Assembly: GCA_964057225.1 (NCBI GenBank)
Contig: CAXKVF010000076.1
Location: 248,001 to 312,000, forward strand
From: Auanema rhodensis
Lineage: Eukaryota > Animalia > Nematoda
Length of the DNA stretch: 64,000 nucleotides
Direction of reading: 5' to 3'
Each line of letters begins with the position of its first letter. Positions within the stretch are counted from its first letter, which is position 1. Under the pieces are notes generated by a model that saw only the letters and a list, made by a program, of their open reading frames with translations, made no database searches and was not told the origin of the DNA. The translations under genes were made by a program, and so were the position numbers. Below, piece by piece: positions 1 to 12,140 of this stretch.

Positions 1-176
1 TCACGTAAATTTCAAAGTCATGGTTACCATGCACCAATATCAATAAAAATTTGTTTTTAGACTAATATGGACATGGGGAATCTAATTTTGAAAACCGCAT
101 CTCTTTATCTTTCACGTGAAGCGAGTTACATACCAAGTGCACATCACGTGTACATTTAATTAGCATAAATTAAAGT
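1..176 (+). repeat. Consensus monomer (176 bp, about 32% GC)
   Basis: The first copy carries the majority base at the polymorphic sites I tracked, and many later copies (e.g. 705-880, 881-1056) read identically. Confidence 0.95.
111..150. promoter_or_regulatory. Two CACGTG E-box motifs per monomer (TTCACGTGAA m111-120; ATCACGTG m143-150), putative bHLH(-ZIP) binding sites
   Basis: The motifs are seen directly and repeated in nearly every monomer. Protein binding is not shown. Confidence 0.35.
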
Positions 177-3100
177 TCACGTAAATTTCAAAGTCATGGT
201 TACCATGAACCAATATCAATAAAAATTTGTTTTTAGACTAATATGGACATGGGGAATCTAATTTTAAAAACCGCATCTCTTTATCTTTCACGTGAAGCGA
301 GTTACATACCAAGTGCACATCACGTGTACATTTAATTAGCATAAATTAAAGTTCACGTAAATTTCAAAGTCATGGTTACCATGAAGCAATATCAATAAAA
401 ATTTGTTTTTAGACTAATATGGACATGGGGAATCTAATTTTGAAAACCGCATCTCTTTATCTTTCACGTGAAGCGAGTTACACACCAAGTGCACATCACG
501 TGTACATTTAATTAGCATAAATTAAAGTTCACGTAAATTTCAAAGTCATGGTTACCATGAACCAATATCAATAAAAATTTGTTTTTAGACTAATATGGAC
601 ATGGGGAATCTAATTTTGAAAACCGCATCTCTTTATCTTTCACGTGAAGCGAGTTACATACCAAGTGCACATCACGTGTACATTTAATTAGCATAAATTA
701 AAGTTCACGTAAATTTCAAAGTCATGGTTACCATGCACCAATATCAATAAAAATTTGTTTTTAGACTAATATGGACATGGGGAATCTAATTTTGAAAACC
801 GCATCTCTTTATCTTTCACGTGAAGCGAGTTACATACCAAGTGCACATCACGTGTACATTTAATTAGCATAAATTAAAGTTCACGTAAATTTCAAAGTCA
901 TGGTTACCATGCACCAATATCAATAAAAATTTGTTTTTAGACTAATATGGACATGGGGAATCTAATTTTGAAAACCGCATCTCTTTATCTTTCACGTGAA
1001 GCGAGTTACATACCAAGTGCACATCACGTGTACATTTAATTAGCATAAATTAAAGTTCACGTAAATTTCAAAGTCATGGTTACCATGCACCAATATCAAT
1101 AAAAATTTGTTTTTAGACTAATATGGACATGAGGAATCTAATTTTGAAAACCGCATCTCTTTATCTTTCACGTGAAGCGAGTTACATACCGAGTGCACAT
1201 CACGTGTACATTTAATTAGCATAAATTAAAGTTCACGTAAATTTCAAAGTCATGGTTACCATGCACCAATATCAATAAAAATTTGTTTTTAGACTAATAT
1301 GGACATGGGGAATCTAATTTTGAAAACCGCATCTCTTCATCTTTCACGTGAAGCGAGTTACATACCAAGTGCACATCACGTGTACATTTAATTAGCATAA
1401 ATTAAAGTTCACGTAAATTTCAAAGTCATGGTTACCATGAACCAATATCAATTAAAATTTGTTTTTAGACTAATATGGACATGGGCAATCTAATTTTGAA
1501 AACCGCATCTCTTTATCTTTCACGTGAAGCGAGTTACATACCAAGTGCACATCACGTGTACATTTAATTAGCATAAATTAAAGTTCACGTAAATTTCAAA
1601 GTCATGGTTACCATGCACCAATATCAATAAAAATTTGTTTTTAGACTAATATGGACATGGGGAATCTAATTTTGAAAACCGCATCTCTTTATCTTTCACG
1701 TGAAGCGAGTTACATACCAAGTGCACATCACGTGTACATTTAATTAGCATAAATTAAAGTTCACGTAAATTTCAAAGTCATGGTTACCATGCACCAATAT
1801 CAATAAAAATTTGTTTTTAGACTAATATGGACATGGGGAATCTAATTTTGAAAACCGCATCTCTTCATCTTTCACGTGAAGCGAGTTACATACCAAGTGC
1901 ACATCACGTGTACATTTAATTAGCATAAATTAAAGTTCACGTAAATTTCAAAGTCATGGTTACCATGCACCAATATCAATAAAAATTTGTTTTTAGACTA
2001 ATATGGACATGGGGAATCTAATTTTGAAAACCGCATCTCTTTATCTTTCACGTGAAGCGAGTTACATACCAAGTGCACATCACGTGTACATTTAATTAGC
2101 ATAAATTAAAGTTCACGTAAATTTCAAAGTCATGGTTACCATGCACCAATATCAATAAAAATTTGTTTTTAGACTAATATGGACATGGGGAATCTAATTT
2201 TGAAAACCGCATCTCTTCATCTTTCACGTGAAGCGAGTTACATACCAAGTGCACATCAAGTGTACATTTAATTAGCATAAATTAAAGTTCACGTAAATTT
2301 CAAAGTCATGGTTACCATGCACCAATATCAATAAAAATTTGTTTTTAGACTAATATGGACATGGGGAATCTAATTTTGAAAACCGCATCTCTTTATCTTT
2401 CACGTGAAGCAAGTTACGTACCAAGTGCACATCACGTGTACATTTAATTAGCATAAATTAAAGTTCACGTAAATTTCAAAGTCATGGTTACCATGAAGCA
2501 ATATCAATAAAAATTTGTTTTTAGACTAATATGGACATGGGGAATCTAATTTTGAAAACCGCATCTCTTTATCTTTCACGTGAAGCGAGTTACATACCAA
2601 GTGCACATCACGTGTACATTTAATTAGCATAAGTTAAAGTTCACGTAAATTTCAAAGTCATGGTTACCATGCACCAATATCAATAAAAATTTGTTTTTAG
2701 ACTAATATGGACATGGGGAATCTAATTTTGAAAACCGCATCTCTTTATCTTTCACGTGAAGCAAGTTACGTACCAAGTGCACATCACGTGTACATTTAAT
2801 TAGCATAAATTAAAGTTCACGTAAATTTCAAAGTCATGGTTACCATGAAGCAATATCAATAAAAATTTGTTTTTAGACTAATATGGACATGGGGAATCTA
2901 ATTTTGAAAACCGCATCTCTTTATCTTTCACGTGAAGCGAGTTACATACCAAGTGCACATCACGTGTACATTTAATTAGCATAAATTAAAGTTCACGTAA
3001 ATTTCAAAGTCATGGTTACCATGAAGCAATATCAATAAAAATTTGTTTTTAGACTAATATGGACATGGGGAATCTTATTTTGAAAACCGCATCTCTTTAT

Positions 3101-4400
3101 CTTTCACGTGAAGCGAGTTACATACCAAGTGCACATCACGTGTACATTTAATTAGCATAAATTAAAGTTCACGTAAATTTCAAACTCATGGTTACCATGA
3201 ACCAATATCAATAAAAATTTGTTTTTAGACTAATATGGACATGGGGAATCTAATTTTAAAAACCGCATCTCTTTATCTTTCACGTGAAGCGAGTTACATA
3301 CCAAGTGCACATCACGTGTACATTTAATTAGCATAAATTAAAGTTCACGTAAATCTCAAAGTCATGGTTACCATGCACCAATATCAATAAAAATTTGTTT
3401 TTAGACTAATATGGACATGGGGAATCTAATTTTGAAAACCGCATCTCTTTATCTTTCACGTGAAGCGAGTTACATACCAAGTGCACATCACGTGCACATT
3501 TAATTAGCATAAATTAAAGTTCACGTAAATTTCAAAGTCATGGTTACCATGCACCAATATCAATAAAAATTTGTTTTTAGACTAATATGGACATGGGGAA
3601 TCTAATTTTGAAAACCGCATCTCTTCATCTTTCACGTGAAGCGAGTTACATACCAAGTGCACATCAAGTGTACATTTAATTAGCATAAATTAAAGTTCAC
3701 GTAAATTTCAAAGTCATGGTTACCATGCACCAATATCAATAAAAATTTGTTTTTAGACTAATATGGACATGGGGAATCTAATTTTGAAAACCGCATCTCT
3801 TTATCTTTCACGTGAAGCAAGTTACATACCAAGTGCACATCACGTGTACATTTAATTAGCATAAATTAAAGTTCACGTAAATTTCAAAGTCATGGTTATC
3901 ATGCACCAATATCAATAAAAATTTGTTTTTAGACTAATATGGACATGGGGAATCTAATTTTGAAAACCGCATCTCTTTATCTTTCACGTGAAGCGAGTTA
4001 CATACCAAGTGCACATCACGTGTACATTTAATTAGCATAAATTAAAGTTCACGAAAATTTCAAAGTCATGGTTACCATGCACCAATATCAATAAAAATTT
4101 GTTTTTAGACTAATATGGACATGGGGAATCTAATTTTGAAAACCGCATCTCTTCATCTTTCACGTGAAGCGAGTTACATACCAAGTGCACATCACGTGTA
4201 CATTTAATTAGCATAAATTAAAGTTCACGTAAATTTCAAAGTCATGGTTACCATGAAGCAATATCAATAAAAATTTGTTTTTAGACTAATATGGACATGG
4301 GGAATCTAATTTTGAAAACCGCATCTCTTCATCTTTCACGTGAAGCGAGTTACATACAAAGTGCACATCACGTGTACATTTAATTAGCATAAATTAAAGT
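177..4400 (+). repeat. Higher-order block, first copy (duplicated at 12141-17244)
   Basis: Both copies have the same ordered series of diagnostic variants: G90A; T131C; G76A+A135G (monomers at 1057 and 13021); A45T+G78C; A84T; T11C+T151C; C27T; T6A; C134A. Confidence 0.85.
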
Positions 4401-6336
4401 TCACGTAAATTTCAAAGTCATGGTTACCATGCACCAATATCAATAAAAATTTGTTTTTAGACTAATATGGACATGGGCAATCTAATTTTGAAAACCGCAT
4501 CTCTTTATCTTTCACGTGAAGCGAGTTACATACCAAGTGCACATCACGTGTACATTTAATTAGCATAAATTAAAGTTCACGTAAATTTCAAAGTCATGGT
4601 TACCATGCACCAATATCAATAAAAATTTGTTTTTAGACTAATATGGACATGGGGAATCTAATTTTGAAAACCGCATCTCTTTATCTTTCACGTGAAGCGA
4701 GTTACATACCAAGTGCACATCACGTGTACATTTAATTAGCATAAATTAAAGTTCACGTAACTTTCAAAGTCATGGTTACCATGAAGCAATATCAATAAAA
4801 ATTTGTTTTTAGACTAATATGGACATGGGGAATCTAATTTTGAAAACCGCATCTCTTTATCTTTCACGTGAAGCGAGTTACATACCAAGTGCACATCACG
4901 TGTACATTTAATTAGCATAAATTAAAGTTCACGTAAATTTCAAAGTCATGGTTACCATGCACCAATATCAATAAAAATTTGTTTTTAGACTAATATGGAC
5001 ATGGGGAATCTAATTTTAAAAACCGCATCTCTTTATCTTTCACGTGAAGCGAGTTACATACCAAGTGCACATCACGTGTACATTTAATTAGCATAAATTA
5101 AAGTTCACGTAAATTTCAAAGTCATGGTTACCATGCACCAATATCAATAAAAATTTGTTTTTAGACTAATATGGACATGGGGAATCTAATTTTGAAAACC
5201 GCATCTCTTTATCTTTCACGTGAAGCGAGTTACATACCAAGTGCATATCACGTGTACATTTAATTAGCATAAATTAGAGTTCACGTAAATTTCAAAGTCA
5301 TGGTTACCATGCACCAATATCAATAAAAATTTGTTTTTAGACTAATATGGACATGGGGAATCTAATTTTGAAAACCGCATCTCTTCATCTTTCACGTGAA
5401 GCGAGTTACATACCAAGTGCACATCAAGTGTACATTTAATTAGCATAAATTAAAGTTCACGTAAATTTCAAAGTCATGGTTACCATGCACCAATATCAAT
5501 AAAAATTTGTTTTTAGACTAATATGGACATGGGGAATCTAATTTTGAAAACCGCATCTCTTTATCTTTCACGTGAAGCAAGTTACATACCAAGTGCACAT
5601 CACGTGTACATTTAATTAGCATAAATTAAAGTTCACGTAAATTTCAAAGTCATGGTTACCATGCACCAATATCAATAAAAATTTGTTTTTAGACTAATAT
5701 GGACATGGGCAATCTAATTTTGAAAACCGCATCTCTTTATCTTTCACGTGAAGCGAGTTACATACCGAGTGCACATCACGTGTACATTTAATTAGCATAA
5801 ATTAAAGTTCACGTAAATTTCAAAGTCATGGTTACCATGAAGCAATATCAATAAAAATTTGTTTTTAGACTAATATGGACATGGGGAATCTAATTTTGAA
5901 AACCGCATCTCTTTATCTTTCACGTGAAGCGAGTTACATACCAAGTGCACATCACGTGTACATTTAATTAGCATAAATTAAAGTTCACGTAAATTTCAAA
6001 GTCATGGTTACCATGAACCAATATCAATTAAAATTTGTTTTTAGACTAATATGGACATGGGGAATCTAATTTTAAAAACCGCATCTCTTTATCTTTCACG
6101 TGAAGCGAGTTACATACCAAGTGCACATCACGTGTACATTTAATTAGCATAAATTAAAGTTCACGTAAATCTCAAAGTCATGGTTACCATGCACCAATAT
6201 CAATAAAAATTTGTTTTTAGACTAATATGGACATGGGGAATCTAATTTTGAAAACCGCATCTCTTTATCTTTCACGTGAAGCGAGTTACATACCAAGTGC
6301 ACATCACGTGCACATTTAATTAGCATAAATTAAAGT

Positions 6337-8798
6337 TCACGTAAATTTCAAAGTCATGGTTACCATGCACCAATATCAATAAAAATTTGTTTTTAGACTA
6401 ATATGGACATGGGGATCTAATTTTGAAAACCGCATCTCTTCATCTTTCACGTGAAGCGAGTTACATACCAAGTGCACATCACGTGTACATTTAATTAGCA
6501 TAAATTAAAGTTCACGTAAATTTCAAAGTCATGGTTACCATGCACCAATATCAATAAAAATTTGTTTTTAGACTAATATGGACATGGGGAATCTAATTTT
6601 GAAAACCGCATCTCTTTATCTTTCACGTGAAGCGAGTTACATACCAAGTGCACATCACGTGTACATTTAATTAGCATAAATTAAAGTTCACGTAAATTTC
6701 AAAGTCATGGTTACCATGCACCAATATCAATAAAAATTTGTTTTTAGACTAATATGGACATGGGGAATCTAATTTTGAAAACCGCATCTCTTTATCTTTC
6801 ACGTGAAGCGAGTTACATACCAAGTGCACATCACGTGTACATTTAATTAGCATAAATTAAAGTTCACGTAAATTTCAAAGTCATGGTTACCATGCACCAA
6901 TATCAATAAAAATTTGTTTTTAGACTAATATGGACATGGGGAATCTAATTTTGAAAACCGCATCTCTTTATCTTTCACGTGAAGCGAGTTACATACCAAG
7001 TGCACATCACGTGTACATTTAATTAGCATAAATTAAAGTTCACGTAAATTTCAAAGTCATGGTTACCATGCACCAATATCAATAAAAATTTGTTTTTAGA
7101 CTAATATGGACATGGGGAATCTAATTTTAAAAACCGCATCTCTTTATCTTTCACGTGAAGCGAGTTACATACCAAGTGCACATCACGTGTACATTTAATT
7201 AGCATAAATTAAAGTTCACGTAAATTTCAAAGTCATGGTTACCATGCACCAATATCAATAAAAATTTGTTTTTAGACTAATATGGACATGGGGAATCTAA
7301 TTTTGAAAACCGCATCTCTTTATCTTTCACGTGAAGCGAGTTACATACCAAGTGCATATCACGTGTACATTTAATTAGCATAAATTAGAGTTCACGTAAA
7401 TTTCAAAGTCATGGTTACCATGCACCAATATCAATAAAAATTTGTTTTTAGACTAATATGGACATGGGGAATCTAATTTTGAAAACCGCATCTCTTCATC
7501 TTTCACGTGAAGCGAGTTACATACCAAGTGCACATCAAGTGTACATTTAATTAGCATAAATTAAAGTTCACGTAAATTTCAAAGTCATGGTTACCATGCA
7601 CCAATATCAATAAAAATTTGTTTTTAGACTAATATGGACATGGGGATCTAATTTTGAAAACCGCATCTCTTCATCTTTCACGTGAAGCGAGTTACATACC
7701 AAGTGCACATCACGTGTACATTTAATTAGCATAAATTAAAGTTCACGTAAATTTCAAAGTCATGGTTACCATGCACCAATATCAATAAAAATTTGTTTTT
7801 AGACTAATATGGACATGGGGAATCTAATTTTGAAAACCGCATCTCTTTATCTTTCACGTGAAGCGAGTTACATACCAAGTGCACATCACGTGTACATTTA
7901 ATTAGCATAAATTAAAGTTCACGTAAATTTCAAAGTCATGGTTACCATGCACCAATATCAATAAAAATTTGTTTTTAGACTAATATGGACATGGGGAATC
8001 TAATTTTGAAAACCGCATCTCTTTATCTTTCACGTGAAGCGAGTTACATACCAAGTGCACATCACGTGTACATTTAATTAGCATAAATTAAAGTTCACGT
8101 AAATTTCAAAGTCATGGTTACCATGCACCAATATCAATAAAAATTTGTTTTTAGACTAATATGGACATGGGGAATCTAATTTTGAAAACCGCATCTCTTT
8201 ATCTTTCACGTGAAGCGAGTTACATACCAAGTGCACATCACGTGTACATTTAATTAGCATAAATTAAAGTTCACGTAAATTTCAAAGTCATGGTTACCAT
8301 GCACCAATATCAATAAAAATTTGTTTTTAGACTAATATGGACATGGGGAATCTAATTTTAAAAACCGCATCTCTTTATCTTTCACGTGAAGCGAGTTACA
8401 TACCAAGTGCACATCACGTGTACATTTAATTAGCATAAATTAAAGTTCACGTAAATTTCAAAGTCATGGTTACCATGCACCAATATCAATAAAAATTTGT
8501 TTTTAGACTAATATGGACATGGGGAATCTAATTTTGAAAACCGCATCTCTTTATCTTTCACGTGAAGCGAGTTACATACCAAGTGCATATCACGTGTACA
8601 TTTAATTAGCATAAATTAGAGTTCACGTAAATTTCAAAGTCATGGTTACCATGCACCAATATCAATAAAAATTTGTTTTTAGACTAATATGGACATGGGG
8701 AATCTAATTTTGAAAACCGCATCTCTTCATCTTTCACGTGAAGCGAGTTACATACCAAGTGCACATCAAGTGTACATTTAATTAGCATAAATTAAAGT
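6337..8798 (+). repeat. Tandem 7-monomer (1231-bp) higher-order duplication
   Basis: The 1-bp deletion falls at 6415 and 7646, and C142T (with A173G) at 7357 and 8588. Both pairs are 1231 bp (7x176-1) apart, and the intervening monomers match. Confidence 0.9.
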
Positions 8799-11700
8799 TA
8801 ACGTAAATTTCAAAGTCATGGTTACCATGCACCAATATCAATAAAAATTTGTTTTTAGACTAATATGGACATGGGGAATCTAATTTTGAAAACCGCATCT
8901 CTTTATCTTTCACGTGAAGCAAGTTACATACCAAGTGCACATCACGTGTACATTTAATTAGCATAAATTAAAGTTCACGTAAATTTCAAAGTCATGGTTA
9001 CCATGCACCAATATCAATAAAAATTTGTTTTTAGACTAATATGGACATGGGCAATCTAATTTTGAAAACCGCATCTCTTTATCTTTCACGTGAAGCGAGT
9101 TACATACCGAGTGCACATCACGTGTACATTTAATTAGCATAAATTAAAGTTCACGTAAATTTCAAAGTCATGGTTACCATGAAGCAATATCAATAAAAAT
9201 TTGTTTTTAGACTAATATGGACATGGGGAATCTAATTTTGAAAACCGCATCTCTTTATCTTTCACGTGAAGCGAGTTACATACCAAGTGCACATCACGTG
9301 TACATTTAATTAGCATAAATTAAAGTTCACGTAAATTTCAAAGTCATGGTTACCATGAACCAATATCAATTAAAATTTGTTTTTAGACTAATATGGACAT
9401 GGGGAATCTAATTTTAAAAACCGCATCTCTTTATCTTTCACGTGAAGCGAGTTACATACCAAGTGCACATCACGTGTACATTTAATTAGCATAAATTAAA
9501 GTTCACGTAAATCTCAAAGTCATGGTTACCATGCACCAATATCAATAAAAATTTGTTTTTAGACTAATATGGACATGGGGAATCTAATTTTGAAAACCGC
9601 ATCTCTTTATCTTTCACGTGAAGCGAGTTACATACCAAGTGCACATCACGTGTACATTTAATTAGCATAAATTAAAGTTCACGTAAATTTCAAAGTCATG
9701 GTTACCATGAACCAATATCAATTAAAATTTGTTTTTAGACTAATATGGACATGGGGATCTAATTTTGAAAACCGCATCTCTTCATCTTTCACGTGAAGCG
9801 AGTTACATACCAAGTGCACATCACGTGTACATTTAATTAGCATAAATTAAAGTTCACGTAAATTTCAAAGTCATGGTTACCATGCACCAATATCAATAAA
9901 AATTTGTTTTTAGACTAATATGGACATGGGGAATCTAATTTTGAAAACCGCATCTCTTTATCTTTCACGTGAAGCGAGTTACATACCAAGTGCACATCAC
10001 GTGTACATTTAATTAGCATAAATTAAAGTTCACGTAAATTTCAAAGTCATGGTTACCATGCACCAATATCAATAAAAATTTGTTTTTAGACTAATATGGA
10101 CATGGGGAATCTAATTTTGAAAACCGCATCTCTTTATCTTTCACGTGAAGCGAGTTACATACCAAGTGCACATCTCGTGTACATTTAATTAGCATAAATT
10201 AAAGTTCACGTAAATTTCAAAGTCATGGTTACCATGAAGCAATATCACTAAAAATTTGTTTTTAGACTAATATGGACATGGGGAATCTAATTTTGAAAAC
10301 CGCATCTCTTTATCTTTCACGTGAAGCGAGTTACATACCAAGTGCACATCACGTGTACATTTAATTAGCATAAATTAAAGTTCACGTAAATTTCAAAGTC
10401 ATGGTTACCATGAACCAATATCAATAAAAATTTGTTTTTAGACTAATATGGACATGGGGAATCTAATTTTAAAAACCGCATCTCTTTATCTTTCACGTGA
10501 AGCGAGTTACATACCAAGTGCACATCACGTGTACATTTAATTAGCATAAATTAAAGTTCACGTAAATCTCAAAGTCATGGTTACCATGCACCAATATCAA
10601 TAAAAATTTGTTTTTAGACTAATATGGACATGGGGAATCTAATTTTGAAAACCGCATCTCTTTATCTTTCACGTGAAGCGAGTTACATACCAAGTGCACA
10701 TCACGTGCACATTTAATTAGCATAAATTAAAGTTCACGTAAATTTCAAAGTCATGGTTACCATGCACCAATATCAATAAAAATTTGTTTTTAGACTAATA
10801 TGGACATGGGGATCTAATTTTGAAAACCGCATCTCTTCATCTTTCACGTGAAGCGAGTTACATACCAAGTGCACATCACGTGTACATTTAATTAGCATAA
10901 ATTAAAGTTCACGTAAATTTCAAAGTCATGGTTACCATGCACCAATATCAATAAAAATTTGTTTTTAGACTAATATGGACATGGGGAATCTAATTTTGAA
11001 AACCGCATCTCTTTATCTTTCACGTGAAGCGAGTTACATACCAAGTGCACATCACGTGTACATTTAATTAGCATAAATTAAAGTTCACGTAAATTTCAAA
11101 GTCATGGTTACCATGCACCAATATCAATAAAAATTTGTTTTTAGACTAATATGGACATGGGGAATCTAATTTTGAAAACCGCATCTCTTTATCTTTCACG
11201 TGAAGCGAGTTACATACCAAGTGCACATCACGTGTACATTTAATTAGCATAAATTAAAGTTCACGAAAATTTCAAAGTCATGGTTACCATGCACCAATAT
11301 CAATAAAAATTTGTTTTTAGACTAATATGGACATGGGGAATCTAATTTTGAAAACCGCATCTCTTCATCTTTCACGTGAAGCGAGTTACATACCAAGTGC
11401 ACATCACGTGTACATTTAATTAGCATAAATTAAAGTTCACGTAAATTTCAAAGTCATGGTTACCATGAAGCAATATCAATAAAAATTTGTTTTTAGACTA
11501 ATATGGACATGGGGAATCTAATTTTGAAAACCGCATCTCTTCATCTTTCACGTGAAGCGAGTTACATACCAAGTGCACATCACGTGTACATTTAATTAGC
11601 ATAAATTAAAGTTCACGTAAATTTCAAAGTCATGGTTACCATGCACCAATATCAATAAAAATTTGTTTTTAGACTAATATGGACATGGGGAATCTAATTT

Positions 11701-12140
11701 TGAAAACCGCATCTCTTTATCTTTCACGTGAAGCGAGTTACATACCAAGTGCACATCACGTGTACATTTAATTAGCATAAATTAAAGTTCACGTAAATTT
11801 CAAAGTCATGGTTACCATGCACCAATATCAATAAAAATTTGTTTTTAGACTAATATGGACATGGGGAATCTAATTTTGAAAACCGCATCTCTTTATCTTT
11901 CACGTGAAGCGAGTTACATACCAAGTGCACATCTCGTGTACATTTAATTAGCATAAATTAAAGTTCACGTAAATTTCAAAGTCATGGTTACCATGAAGCA
12001 ATATCACTAAAAATTTGTTTTTAGACTAATATGGACATGGGGAATCTAATTTTGAAAACCGCATCTCTTTATCTTTCACGTGAAGCGAGTTACATACCAA
12101 GTGCACATCACGTGTACATTTAATTAGCATAAATTAAAGT

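Noticed and set aside
42-47. AATAAA polyadenylation signal in each monomer
   Set aside because: It is expected by chance in an AT-rich A-tract, and there is no transcript context.
1-176. Identity with known satellites of similar size (Brassica CentBr 176 bp, Arabidopsis CEN178, honeybee AluI 176 bp, primate alpha satellite)
   Set aside because: Only the size matches. The consensus has no AAGCTT or AGCT site and I recognise no sequence similarity. A BLAST/Dfam search is needed to assign the family.
1-176. CENP-B box
   Set aside because: There is no NTTCGNNNNANNCGGGN match on either strand of the consensus.
1-176. 5S rRNA, tRNA, snRNA or spliced-leader tandem gene unit
   Set aside because: The monomer is AT-rich and has no recognisable 5S, tRNA cloverleaf, A/B box or SL sequence. 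A covariance-model (Rfam) search was not possible.
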